From Thermoplasmata archaeon (lineage in GTDB: Archaea; Thermoplasmatota; Thermoplasmata; UBA10834), in NCBI GenBank assembly GCA_020696365.1, contig JAEHCM010000001.1:166987-230986 (forward strand): a stretch of DNA of 64,000 bases, written 5' to 3'. Position 1 is the first letter of the stretch, and each line of letters starts with the position of its first letter. Below, in pieces: positions 1 to 9,530 of this stretch. The notes below the pieces were generated by a model that was given only the letters and a program-made list of their open reading frames with translations, was not told where the DNA came from and made no database searches. A program made the position numbers and the translations under genes.

Positions 1-264
1 GAGAAGATCGGGGCGGTTCGGAGGATATCCCTCGGCAAGCACTCAGGCAAGGCTGCGATCAAGCACAAGCTCGAGCTGCTGGACCTTCAAGCTCCACCGG
101 ACATGATAGAAACGCTCAGGTGCGAGATCAACCGGTTCGCCGAAAACCGTAAGTCGGACCTTTCGGATGCCGACTTCATGAAGCTGCACAAGGAAGTCGT
201 CTCAAATCGCAGAGCAGGAGCGTCGGAGAAGATACCCGTCCCCGAAAGACTCGGCAGCGTGTGA
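1..264 (+). CDS. 3' end of LeuA-family (homocitrate / Re-citrate / isopropylmalate synthase-like) protein, partial
   Basis: Frame 1 reads EKIGAVRRISLGKHSGKAAIKHKL... to TGA at 262-264. LGKHSG is a family motif. The protein ends without a LeuA regulatory domain. Confidence 0.8.
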   Translation, partial: EKIGAVRRISLGKHSGKAAIKHKLELLDLQAPPDMIETLRCEINRFAENRKSDLSDADFMKLHKEVVSNRRAGASEKIPVPERLGSV

Positions 265-293
265 GACGCACAGTCGCTAACGGAGGGGGCATC

Positions 294-1547
294 ATGGGCA
301 AGACCATCACCGAGAAGGTATTATCCAAACACTCAGAGACTGACTGTCACGCGGGGGACATCGTCGTCGCATCAGTCGATTTCTGCATGGCTCAAGACGG
401 CACCAGCAAACTCATGATCGAGGAACTCGCAGCCCTTGGTTTCGCAACACCCAAGCCGTTGCGGGGAGCGGCAATCGTCCTGGACCACAGTTCTCCGAGT
501 CCCTCTGCGGAGGTCTCTCGGATTCACAGCGTCATCAAGGACTTCTCCGCGAAGCACGCAATCGAGCTGCACGACGTTGGCGAAGGTGTGTGCCATCAGG
601 TGGTCCCTGAATCGGGCAGGGTCCTCCCAGGAGACTTGGTGGTCGGGGCGGACTCGCACACCTGCACCTATGGCGCCCTGAACGCGTGTTCGACCGGCAT
701 GGGCTCTGCAGACGTCGCCGCGGCGGTACATACGGGCAAGCTCTGGTTCAGAGTCCCGGAGGCCCTGAAGGTCGACATATCGGGCGGCTTCAAGGACAGA
801 GTCAGCGCTAAGGACCTCATCCTCAGGTTGGTGGGGGATGTCCGCGCAGATGGCGCGACATACAAGTCGTTGGAGTTCTCCGGGGAGACGTTGCCGTCCA
901 TCAACATGGACGGCAGGATGACGATTTCGAACATGGTCGTCGAGATGGGCGCCAAGTTCGGTCCGTTTCCGTTCGACGCCGTGACCTCCTCCTGGTATGC
1001 CTCAATCGGCCTGAACCCTGCGGCTGGGGTGACCGCTGACGACGATGCATCGTACGTCCGGACCATCGATGTCGATGCCTCTGATCTGGTGCCCAAGGTA
1101 GCACGACCCGATCGGGTGGATAATGTGTGCGACGTCTCGGAATGTGCCGGGACGGAGATAGATCAGGTCTTCCTCGGCACATGCACGAACGGCCGTCTTT
1201 CGGATTTGGCGGCAGCAGCCGATATTCTCAAGGGGCGTCGAGTGAAGAAAGGCCTCAGATTGATCGTCGCTCCCGCTTCGAGGAGTGTGTTGATGAGGTC
1301 GATAGAGGCCGGAATAGTCAGTCAGCTGCTCGCAGCCGGAGCCGTGTTCGTGTCTCCTGGATGCGGTCCATGTGTCGGAACGCATGCAGGCGTGCCGTCC
1401 GACGGCGAGAGAGTCCTGTCGACGGCGAACAGGAACTTCAGCGGCCGGATGGGCAACAACAACGATGTGGAGATATACCTGGCCTCTCCTGAAACCGCCG
1501 CCGCATCCGCACTGGAAGGGCGAATAACCGATCCAAGGGAGGTATGA
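294..1547 (+). CDS. LeuC/HacA-type hydro-lyase large subunit (isopropylmalate dehydratase/homoaconitase/aconitase family)
   Basis: MGKTITEK start after GGAGGGGG; DH, GADSHT, GTCTNGR, PGCGPCVG, STANRNF and YLASP motifs. Confidence 0.92.
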   Translation: MGKTITEKVLSKHSETDCHAGDIVVASVDFCMAQDGTSKLMIEELAALGFATPKPLRGAAIVLDHSSPSPSAEVSRIHSVIKDFSAKHAIELHDVGEGVCHQVVPESGRVLPGDLVVGADSHTCTYGALNACSTGMGSADVAAAVHTGKLWFRVPEALKVDISGGFKDRVSAKDLILRLVGDVRADGATYKSLEFSGETLPSINMDGRMTISNMVVEMGAKFGPFPFDAVTSSWYASIGLNPAAGVTADDDASYVRTIDVDASDLVPKVARPDRVDNVCDVSECAGTEIDQVFLGTCTNGRLSDLAAAADILKGRRVKKGLRLIVAPASRSVLMRSIEAGIVSQLLAAGAVFVSPGCGPCVGTHAGVPSDGERVLSTANRNFSGRMGNNNDVEIYLASPETAAASALEGRITDPREV

Positions 1548-1548
1548 G

Positions 1549-2064
1549 ATGGCAGATGTGATTCTCCGAGGGCGTGCTCACAGATTCGAGCCAAACGACG
1601 ACATCAACACAGACTATATCATCTCCGGAAGGTACAAGTTCAAGATTGATGACATGAACGAACTCGCCAAGCACGTCATGGAGGACATCGCCCCTGATTT
1701 CGCATCCAAGGTTGAATCTGGAGACATCATCGTCGCAGGCAGGAACTTCGGATGCGGGTCCAGCCGCGAACAGGCTCCCAGGGCGCTGAAGGCCGCCGGT
1801 GTCTCCGCGGTCTTAGCGAAGTCCTATGCTCGAATATTCTACAGGAACTCGTTCAACATCGGCCTGCCAGTCATAGTGTGTGACACCGACTGGATCGTGG
1901 ATGGTGAGGCGATGCTGGTAGATCTGGAGAAAGGGTATGTCATGAGTGAGACGTCCGGACGACAGGCGACGTTCTCACATCTGCCGAAGACGATGCGCGT
2001 TCTCCTCAATGACGGTGGACTGATCCCTCACCTGAGGAAGCATGGGGGGTTCTCATTTGACTGA
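1549..2064 (+). CDS. LeuD/HacB-type small subunit
   Basis: DDINTDYII, GRNFGCGSSREQA and ARIFYRN motifs. Confidence 0.92.
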   Translation: MADVILRGRAHRFEPNDDINTDYIISGRYKFKIDDMNELAKHVMEDIAPDFASKVESGDIIVAGRNFGCGSSREQAPRALKAAGVSAVLAKSYARIFYRNSFNIGLPVIVCDTDWIVDGEAMLVDLEKGYVMSETSGRQATFSHLPKTMRVLLNDGGLIPHLRKHGGFSFD

Positions 2065-3256
2065 AGATGCCAGGGCGCCTCGGGCCGATCCGAAGACGAT
2101 AGTCGTACCGTTCATCCCCGGGGATGGGATCGGGCCTGAGATAATGGCAGCCACAAGGAGAGTCCTCGATTCCTCGGTCGAGAAGGCGACGGTCGGCGCG
2201 GTCAGGTTCAGGTGGCACGAAGTCCTGGCAGGCGAGAAGGCGTACAAGGCGACGGGTTCGTGGCTCCCCGACGACACGTTGAGGGAGATCTCGGAGAACG
2301 GGCTGGCAATCAAGGGCCCTCTCACGACTCCAGTGGGTGGTGGGATACGTAGTCTGAACGTCCAGCTGAGGCAATCCCTCGACCTCTATGCCTCAGTTAG
2401 ACCTGTGCGATACTTCCCCGGCGTACCTAGTCCGGTCAAGTCTCCTGAGAAACTGGATGTCGTGATATTCAGGGAGAACACTGAGGACGTCTACAAAGGG
2501 ATTGAGTGGAAGTGCGGCTCGGATGAGGCCCTGGGAATGATCGAATACCTGCGTTCCGAGATGAATGTAGAGCTTTCGGCTGATTGCGGGATAGGCCTTA
2601 AGCCGATATCCGAGACGGCGACGAAGCGGATAGCTCGTGCGGCTCTGAGGTTCGCCGTCCTCAAGGGCAAACCCGTCGTTACCATCGTTCACAAAGGCAA
2701 CATCATGAAGCATACCGAGGGCGCCTTCAGGGAGTGGGCGTACGAACTCGCTAGAGACGAGTTCTCAGAGCATGTCATGTTCGAGGAGAGCGCCAGCATG
2801 GAAGAGGCGTCGTCGTCGGGCAAGATATTGGTGAATGACAGGATCGCCGACAACATGTTTCAGCAGGTCCTGACTCGCCCAGACGAATACTCCGTTTTCG
2901 TGACGCCGAACTTGAACGGCGATTATTTGGCCGACGCATGTGCGGCCCAGGTCGGGGGGTTGGGTGTCGCCCCGGGGGCCAACATCGGCGACCGGGTCGC
3001 GGTGTTCGAACCCGTTCATGGCACGGCCCCGAAATACGCCGGGAAGAACACCGCCAATCCGATCGCCCTGATCCTTTCAGGGGCGATGATGCTCGAGCAT
3101 CTCGGCTTGACCAGCGCATCGATGATGGTGGAAGGCGCGGTGGGGAAGACGTTGTCCCAGGGCATCATGACCGGGGACCTGGCGAGACGCTCGGGAAGAC
3201 CAGACTCGGTCAGCACGAGTGGGTTCGCGGACTCGGTCATTCATAATCTGGCTTGA
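2057..3256 (+). CDS. icd: NADP-dependent isocitrate dehydrogenase
   Basis: GDGIGPEI, KGPLTTPVGGGIRSLNV, VHKGNIMK, NLNGDY and HGTAPKYAG motifs. The TTG start at 2057 is inferred. Confidence 0.92.
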   Translation: MTEDARAPRADPKTIVVPFIPGDGIGPEIMAATRRVLDSSVEKATVGAVRFRWHEVLAGEKAYKATGSWLPDDTLREISENGLAIKGPLTTPVGGGIRSLNVQLRQSLDLYASVRPVRYFPGVPSPVKSPEKLDVVIFRENTEDVYKGIEWKCGSDEALGMIEYLRSEMNVELSADCGIGLKPISETATKRIARAALRFAVLKGKPVVTIVHKGNIMKHTEGAFREWAYELARDEFSEHVMFEESASMEEASSSGKILVNDRIADNMFQQVLTRPDEYSVFVTPNLNGDYLADACAAQVGGLGVAPGANIGDRVAVFEPVHGTAPKYAGKNTANPIALILSGAMMLEHLGLTSASMMVEGAVGKTLSQGIMTGDLARRSGRPDSVSTSGFADSVIHNLA

Positions 3257-4562
3257 GGTCCGACTGCTCGACATCGTCCATCAGCCTTGTCCTCAGATCC
3301 TTCGTCTGTTTCTTGTCGATGTCCCTCTCCGTGAGGAAACTGAGGATCGTGGCCAGAACCGTCGTTCCGAGAATCACGATGAGGGTCGTGTTGAGGAAGA
3401 GACTCGGTAGGTCATCGGTCCATACCTCAAGGCCTGCCAGCTGGGTAGCCGGCAGCGTAGCCAGGACTGCCGCCGCAAGCCCCCTGGGCATCATGGCGAA
3501 CACGGCCTTCCCCTCCGAGCACGTAAGGTCTCCCCACTTGAATGCGCAGTTCGCTGTGAACTTCCGGGCCACAACGGCCAGAGCTATGATGAAGAGGCCC
3601 ACCACCAGATGCTCGGCCTTGAAGGTGCCGAATCCGAAAGACAGGCCGAGATACACGAAGAAGAATGTTCTGACGAAGAATGTGATCTCCGTGTGGAAGT
3701 AGTGGATGTACTCGTCGGTTAGAGCCGTCAGCGACAGAGATGTGAGCCGTTTCTTAACGAACTTGCGGTTCCCCATCGCGAGGCCGAAAGCGAGAGCGGC
3801 CACAGCGCCGGAGCTGTTCAGAGGGCCAAGCTCGACGAAACCTGCCACCATGAACAGCGCGGCGACGGTGATCATGTAGGATAGCGGCTGGTTCCGCAAC
3901 TTCTCCAATACGAACAACCAGGCCACGCCTGCAGCGAATCCGACGATTCCTCCCACAAGGAACTTCACCGAAAGCTCGCGGATAATCGCCCAGATGCTGA
4001 ACTCATCCAATTTTATGACGGAGATCAGACTCAAGGTCGCAACGATGACGAGGACGTCCGTCATCACGCTCTCCATGATTAGCATCGTCTTCGTCCTCTC
4101 TTTGATTCGCATCTTGCGAGCTATCGGTATAACGACGGCTCCAGTGGTCCCTCCCAGGATCGATCCCAGCGTGAGCGCCACCAGGAAATCTATCCCCATG
4201 ATGTAGTGAAGGGATATCGAGACTGCAGCGGCCAGCAGAATGAAGTTCATCCCGGCCAGGAATACTGAGAATTTCATGGACTCCCACACGTGGCGAATAT
4301 CAAGCGAGAGTCCCCCGTCGAAGAGTATGATTACGAGGGCGGCTGACAGGAAGATGTCCTTGAACTGGTTTATGCTGTCCAATATCTCGGTCGTCACAAG
4401 ACCGAAGCGCGTGCCCAGCAGATCAGGTCCTATGATCATCCCTAGAAGCACGAGTATGAGAACGTCGGGTATTCTGAACTTGTTGAATATCGCGTTGCCG
4501 AAGAATCCTATGAATATTATCGAACCTATAGCCAGGAATGCTGTGATCGTTCCCGGATCCAT
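3237..4562 (-). CDS. NhaP-type cation:proton antiporter (CPA1)
   Basis: About 12 hydrophobic segments; ILFDGG, ESVMTD and PRGLAAAVLA motifs. Confidence 0.88.
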   Translation of the reverse strand: MDPGTITAFLAIGSIIFIGFFGNAIFNKFRIPDVLILVLLGMIIGPDLLGTRFGLVTTEILDSINQFKDIFLSAALVIILFDGGLSLDIRHVWESMKFSVFLAGMNFILLAAAVSISLHYIMGIDFLVALTLGSILGGTTGAVVIPIARKMRIKERTKTMLIMESVMTDVLVIVATLSLISVIKLDEFSIWAIIRELSVKFLVGGIVGFAAGVAWLFVLEKLRNQPLSYMITVAALFMVAGFVELGPLNSSGAVAALAFGLAMGNRKFVKKRLTSLSLTALTDEYIHYFHTEITFFVRTFFFVYLGLSFGFGTFKAEHLVVGLFIIALAVVARKFTANCAFKWGDLTCSEGKAVFAMMPRGLAAAVLATLPATQLAGLEVWTDDLPSLFLNTTLIVILGTTVLATILSFLTERDIDKKQTKDLRTRLMDDVEQSDLKPDYE

Positions 4563-4730
4563 CTATCAATGCACCCCATCCATCTCGCCGTCTCGGCAAT
4601 CCCGCTACTGGTTCAGACGCTTGGCCTTCATTATGGACCTTGAGAGTATTTCATGATATTGGGCGCGTGAGCGAAGCGGGTTTCGTGCACGACTAATTGT
4701 TTATAAAGCCTCAACCGATTTCCTTTCGTT

Positions 4731-5708
4731 ATGTCAGTAATGGACGATTCTGGCCCTAAGACCGAGAGAGGGCCCCTGACCGACTACGACGTTGTCATAA
4801 TAGGGGCCGGTCCCGCTGGCCTCTCTGCCGGTATCTACGCGCGTCGTGCAGGAATGTCGTGCATCATTCTGGAGAAGGGTGTGCCTGGCGGCCAGGTTCT
4901 GACAAGTCCGAAGATCGAGAACTACCCAGGCTTCCCGGAAATCGAGGGGATGAAGCTGATGGATGTCATGGCCGAGCACGCAAGAATGTACGTGGACATC
5001 CGGGAAGGAGAGGAGGTCACGCGTCTCGTCAGGTCCGGCGAGCGGTTCGAGTTCACCACGACCAACGGCCGGTACTCGTCGAGAGCAGTCATCCTTGCTA
5101 CAGGTTCCTTCCACCGCAAGCTGGATGTGGAGGGGGAGGAAAGACTGTCCGGGCGCGGCGTGAGCTATTGTGCCACATGCGACGGCTTCTTCTTCAAGAA
5201 GAAGAAGGTCGTGGTCGTTGGCGGCGGAAACACCGCTCTAACGGACGCACTCTACCTTCATTCCATGGGGTGCGAGGTTTCTATCGCGCACCGAAGGGAT
5301 GCCTTCAGAGCCGACAGGCATCTGCAGGATAGCGTTGCCGACAGGAGCATAGCGATTCTCTGGGACACGGTCGTAGAAGAGATCGTCGGTGAGAACGAAG
5401 TGACCGCCGTCAAGCTCAGAAACGTGAAGACCGGCGCCGTCGACACGAAACCGGTGAGCGGCGTCTTCGTGGCGGTTGGCGAAGTGCCGAGCAGCCAGCT
5501 TGCGGCCGAGCTTGGTGTCCGGATGGATCCTGGTGGGTTCGTCACCGTCGATATGTCGTTCAGGACCAACGTTCCAAATGTCTACGCGGCCGGTGACGTC
5601 GCAGGAGGTATCAGGCAGATCGTCGCCGCGGTCCATGGAGGTGCCGCGGCTGCTCTGTCGGCCTTCGAGGATCTGGCGAAGCCGTACTACTCCCGTTCCG
5701 GCGGATGA
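4731..5708 (+). CDS. trxB: thioredoxin reductase
   Basis: GAGPAG, GVSYCATCDG, GGGNTA, HRRD and AAGD motifs. TTTATAAA lies about 25 nt upstream, so the transcript is probably leaderless. Confidence 0.95.
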   Translation: MSVMDDSGPKTERGPLTDYDVVIIGAGPAGLSAGIYARRAGMSCIILEKGVPGGQVLTSPKIENYPGFPEIEGMKLMDVMAEHARMYVDIREGEEVTRLVRSGERFEFTTTNGRYSSRAVILATGSFHRKLDVEGEERLSGRGVSYCATCDGFFFKKKKVVVVGGGNTALTDALYLHSMGCEVSIAHRRDAFRADRHLQDSVADRSIAILWDTVVEEIVGENEVTAVKLRNVKTGAVDTKPVSGVFVAVGEVPSSQLAAELGVRMDPGGFVTVDMSFRTNVPNVYAAGDVAGGIRQIVAAVHGGAAAALSAFEDLAKPYYSRSGG

Positions 5709-7502
5709 TCACTTCGCTATGCGCTTGTCGAGGAACCCGACCGATCTTTCGTACAGGTCTTTCAGGTTCTTCCGCTTGCGAGGCCAGTGTCCTTCATCCT
5801 TGTACTCGTGATACTCGTATTCCTTCCCCATCTTCTCGAGTCTTCTCACGACCTCCCTGGTCTCTGTGGGTGGACACCTGACATCGCGCGCGGACGCGGT
5901 TAGCAGGATCGGCGCTCTAAGGTTTTCAAGGAAGTGAATCGGAGATCGGTCCCGGTACAGTTCAGGATTGTCTCTCGGATCCCCCATCTTGCTCAGGTCG
6001 TACGCCTTGAGATACCCTCTCTCGCTTTCGAACTCTGTGACGCAGTCGAAATAGCCGACAATCGACACCCCCGCAGCCCACATATCCGGGGCCTTCGTCA
6101 ACGCCAGCATGCATAGATATCCGCCATAGCTTGCCCCCCAGAATCCCAACCTGTCCTTATCCGCGAAACCCGTCCTCACGAGGTATTTCCCGCCGTATAT
6201 GACGTCGTTGAGGTCCCCTCCTCCCAGGTCCTTGTTGTGCAGATGCAGGAATTCGCGACCGTATCCAGTGGATCCTCGGTAGTTGGGCAAAATCACAGAG
6301 AACCCCTTGATGACAAACATCTGAACCACCTGGTCCCAGAGGTTCAGCGACTGCATCTCCGGCCCTCCGTGAGGAATGACGACTCCACGTCCGGTCGGAC
6401 CGTCTTTCGGGACGAACAGCATCGCCGATATCCGCCTTCCGTCAAATGACCGATACTTCACGCGCCTGGGCTGCGCGAACGCGTGTGTTGGGAGTTCGGC
6501 GCTCTGGAACCTCGTCAGGTGTTTGGGGCGGCCTCTCCTGACGATGAATATCTCCTCCGGTCTCATCGACGATCCGTTGACATAGATTATGCCCGAACCA
6601 TCAGGCAGCCAATGGTGACTTCTCGAGACGCCGGTCTTCTGTGAGATGGTGCGCGTCCTGCCTTTCTCCTTGACCTTGATGACCACGTTCGGATCCTGGA
6701 CCTCTAGATAGGCGAGTCTCGACCCATCAGGGGACCATTGCGGGCTATACTTGTCATTGGACGAACGCACCAGCCAGCGCTGTCTCCGGGTCGAATGGTC
6801 CAGCATCCCAATGTCGTTCGAATCGTATTCGTTGGAAACGAAGAGCAGCTTCGACCCATCGGCTGACCATTGCATGGGTTTGGCGCCATAACCCCAGATG
6901 CCGTAGTCGACGTCCTTCTTAGACAGTATACGCCTCGTCTTGCCGTTCAACGTGTTCACGGTCGAAATGTAGTCTCCATCGCTAATGCCCGTCCCGTAAG
7001 CTATCGTGCGCCCATCGGGGGACCATGCGAAATCTCTGACGGGCAGTTCCTCATTCGTGAGACGCGTGTGTCTCCCTCCCCCAGAGTCCACCATGTAGAG
7101 GTTCTCCATATCGTCCTTGCGGGTGGATACGAACGCGATTCTCCTGCCGTCAGGGGAGAACTCGGGGTTCTCATTGTCTGCGATGCTGTCCGTGACCTTT
7201 CTCGGGTTCCTACCTTTGCCGTCGATTACGAACACATCGTAATCCTCGTTCCCCTCGAAGTCCGCCTGATAGGCAATCATCATCCCACATGGCGAGTACG
7301 TCGGGGAGAGAAGAGCCTGGTCGCCAGACAGAATCCTCCTCATCTTCCCGTTCGTGAGATTCATGATGGCAAGTTCGTAGTTGCGGCCCTTGTTCACGGA
7401 GCATACCGCTCTCGCACCGTCCGGGTGTATGCTGTACTCCTGCATTTCTGTGGCCTTGAACAAGCCAGAAGTATTGACTTTGTCCACTTGTTTTGAAGGC
7501 AT
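5709..7502 (-). CDS. S9 family peptidase (acylaminoacyl/dipeptidyl aminopeptidase) with TolB-like propeller
   Basis: Repeated (W/F)SPDG blades; HGGP, GASYGG nucleophile, D and EGH triad. The start could extend to 7547. Confidence 0.92.
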   Translation of the reverse strand: MPSKQVDKVNTSGLFKATEMQEYSIHPDGARAVCSVNKGRNYELAIMNLTNGKMRRILSGDQALLSPTYSPCGMMIAYQADFEGNEDYDVFVIDGKGRNPRKVTDSIADNENPEFSPDGRRIAFVSTRKDDMENLYMVDSGGGRHTRLTNEELPVRDFAWSPDGRTIAYGTGISDGDYISTVNTLNGKTRRILSKKDVDYGIWGYGAKPMQWSADGSKLLFVSNEYDSNDIGMLDHSTRRQRWLVRSSNDKYSPQWSPDGSRLAYLEVQDPNVVIKVKEKGRTRTISQKTGVSRSHHWLPDGSGIIYVNGSSMRPEEIFIVRRGRPKHLTRFQSAELPTHAFAQPRRVKYRSFDGRRISAMLFVPKDGPTGRGVVIPHGGPEMQSLNLWDQVVQMFVIKGFSVILPNYRGSTGYGREFLHLHNKDLGGGDLNDVIYGGKYLVRTGFADKDRLGFWGASYGGYLCMLALTKAPDMWAAGVSIVGYFDCVTEFESERGYLKAYDLSKMGDPRDNPELYRDRSPIHFLENLRAPILLTASARDVRCPPTETREVVRRLEKMGKEYEYHEYKDEGHWPRKRKNLKDLYERSVGFLDKRIAK

Positions 7503-7799
7503 TTCGATAAATCCTGTCCGATGGAAGGCACTCTTACGATTTGACACTTTTGTCAGTGCGGTGAGCTTCAGTCACAGACTCAGTTGCGGATGATGTATCA
7601 CGGTCTTCGGAGGCCGTTCTGAGGCCTAGAACTCCATGGCTAACGAATATCCTTTAAATGAGCCGCCTCGCCGACACACCAGCCGTCGACCATGTCTAGG
7701 GCCCTCATTCCCGCATAGTCTCATCGTAGCGTGCGTCTTTCGTTTGGCGCAAGTATTAATCCGTCTCAGTCAATCTGTACACCGGAGGAGGTGAGCCGT

Positions 7800-7919
7800 T
7801 TGGTGAAAGGTAAGCTTGGTAAGACGTATCATTGCGACATCTGCGGGCAAGAGGTCAACGTGACCAAGGAAGGCGTCGGAGTGCTCGTATGCTGCAACAA
7901 GCCCATGAGGGAGATGTGA
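7800..7919 (+). CDS. stand-alone desulforedoxin-type FeS4 protein
   Basis: YHCDICGQEV...LVCCNKPM (CxxC...CC). Strong SD GGAGGAGGTGA before TTG/GTG at 7800/7803. Confidence 0.85.
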   Translation: MVKGKLGKTYHCDICGQEVNVTKEGVGVLVCCNKPMREM

Positions 7920-7959
7920 AGAGGGCCGTGTAATCCGTCCCCTTCGAATCATGATGAAG

Positions 7960-8056
7960 TGGGCCCGATCGGATTTGAACCGATGACCAATTGGTCACTC
8001 AGGGACCAACAAGTCCCTTATGAGCCAATCGCTCCGCCGGACTAAGCTACGGGCCC
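7960..8056 (-). tRNA. tRNA-Ile2(CAT) (less likely Met) with 23-nt intron at 37/38 (7996-8018)
   Basis: GGGCCCG acceptor, ATTGG/CCAAT anticodon stem, CT-CAT-A loop, GGTTCAAATCC T-arm. BHB CTCA/TGAG with TAA and TGA bulges. A GGGCCC acceptor is typical of archaeal Ile2. Confidence 0.9.
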
Positions 8057-8139
8057 GTGCGTTTCCTCTAAACATTATCCTACTAATTAGCGTTTCTGTG
8101 TCGTTCAGTGCGCTATCGGAGGATGTTCCGACGGCACGA

Positions 8140-8712
8140 TCAGTAGCGGTAACTTCGGGTCTTGCCCCTCTCAAGCTCGACGCCCAGGCTCAACGATATC
8201 CTGTTCGAGAAGTTGAAGTACGCTGCGACCAAGGTGGCTCGGAGTATCTCTCCGTCGTTCAACCCCGCCTCCCGCAGGTCGCCGATGTCGTCCGAGGTGA
8301 TATCCTTCGGGTCGAGGGTTATCTTCGCGGCATACGCGAGCAGCGCCTTGTTCCTCGGAGTCTCAGCCTTCTGTGAGTACTCTTTGATGAGGCTATGGAG
8401 TGCATCGCTGTCGTGCTCGACAGTCTCAAGCGCCTCCGAGTGGTGCACTGCGCCGTAAGCGCATCTGTTTGCAGCGGAAACTATGACGGCTATCATCTCC
8501 CTCTCCTCTCTGGTCAGCGGTCCTTCCCCCATGAGTATCTCGAGGTAGAGTTCCATGTTCTTCTCGAGAACCGCGGGCTCCATTCCCTGGGCCAGGAAGA
8601 TGTTGGCAATGTGCTCTCTCTCCTTCAGAATCCTGTCGTACACTTCCTTCGTCTTCCCGGACGCTTCCTCATGTTCTATCGTGTTGATCCAGGCCATTCC
8701 TTTCACCGGCAT
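8140..8712 (-). CDS. AhpD/carboxymuconolactone decarboxylase family peroxidase-related protein
   Basis: LTREEREMIAVIVSAANRCAYG..HH and AYFNFSNRI motifs. Confidence 0.85.
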   Translation of the reverse strand: MPVKGMAWINTIEHEEASGKTKEVYDRILKEREHIANIFLAQGMEPAVLEKNMELYLEILMGEGPLTREEREMIAVIVSAANRCAYGAVHHSEALETVEHDSDALHSLIKEYSQKAETPRNKALLAYAAKITLDPKDITSDDIGDLREAGLNDGEILRATLVAAYFNFSNRISLSLGVELERGKTRSYRY

Positions 8713-8889
8713 ATGAGACGTCTTGCCGCGGGATATTCATCGTTTCCTGCTTTAAAACCTCTCCGAGGGATGGTCCCGGAACTGACTGTTCTATCCGGAA
8801 CAACATTCTCTCGTGAATGTCATCTCTCTGTTCTCATACTGGGCGGTCAAGAAGGCGGGGCGTGGTTCAGAGGAATGAAGGCGAATGAA

Positions 8890-8965
8890 TGGCGCCGTCG
8901 AACGGGCTCGAACCGTTGACCTTCCGCTTAACAGGCGGACGCTCTACCGACTGAGCTACGACGGC
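8890..8965 (-). tRNA. tRNA-Asn(GTT), CCA encoded
   Basis: GCCGTCG acceptor, TCCGC-CTGTTAA-GCGGA anticodon arm, GGTTCGAGCC T-arm, 76 nt. Confidence 0.97.
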
Positions 8966-9059
8966 TTTGTTGGTGCGAGCCGCAGTTAACCTTACGTGGA
9001 TAATAAGCCTTTGCAAGCCCGCGACGCTGTCTGGCCGTGGCCGATGGGGAGCGGGGAAT

Positions 9060-9377
9060 CTACTCTATTGATTCCCGCAGCTCGTTGACAGTCGCGCTCA
9101 TGCTGTCCAACGTGTCCTTCAGGTGGTCGAGGAACTCCTGGATCTTCTCCGTCGTAACGGCCCCGTCCGGTGACGGTTCGATCAGACTCTCCTGTTCCAG
9201 GATTCTGAGCGAGTACCTTACCTTATGCTGTGGGTGTTGAAGCATCTCGGAGAGTCGGATTATGCCGATGGGCTCGTTGTCCATGATCGCCTTCAGCATC
9301 TGCACATGTCTCTGCAGAAGCTCGATCTCAGCCTCGATCTTGCTCGTCAGGACCGACTTACCCGCCTTTGCAGCCAT
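9060..9377 (-). CDS. small archaeal winged-helix protein, putative regulator
   Basis: EPIGIIRLSE...HKVRYSLRILEQESLIEPS wHTH pattern with SD GGAG. Confidence 0.75.
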   Translation of the reverse strand: MAAKAGKSVLTSKIEAEIELLQRHVQMLKAIMDNEPIGIIRLSEMLQHPQHKVRYSLRILEQESLIEPSPDGAVTTEKIQEFLDHLKDTLDSMSATVNELRESIE

Positions 9378-9530
9378 CGTTCATACTCCTTGCATGTGTT
9401 GATCGAAACCCAGTGGTCGTGCTACATGATAGCACATGGACGTATTTAATCCGGAAGTCGGAACCACCGTGATGGTAACCATCGGTCCAGACAAGATTGA
9501 AATAACGTGCTCCGGATAGTGTCCGATACC

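Noticed and set aside
7551-7640. Minus-strand C/D-box-like layout (two CTGA with 11-nt spacers) and ATGGAGTTC resembling a fluoride riboswitch
   Set aside because: The C and C' boxes are poor (GTGATAC, TGACTGA), no target was recognised, and the riboswitch pairing and 3' motif are missing.
8020-8376. ORFs overlapping tRNA genes (8020-8376, 45954-46283, 5' part of 48139-48756)
   Set aside because: They run across clear tRNA genes and are spurious or over-extended.
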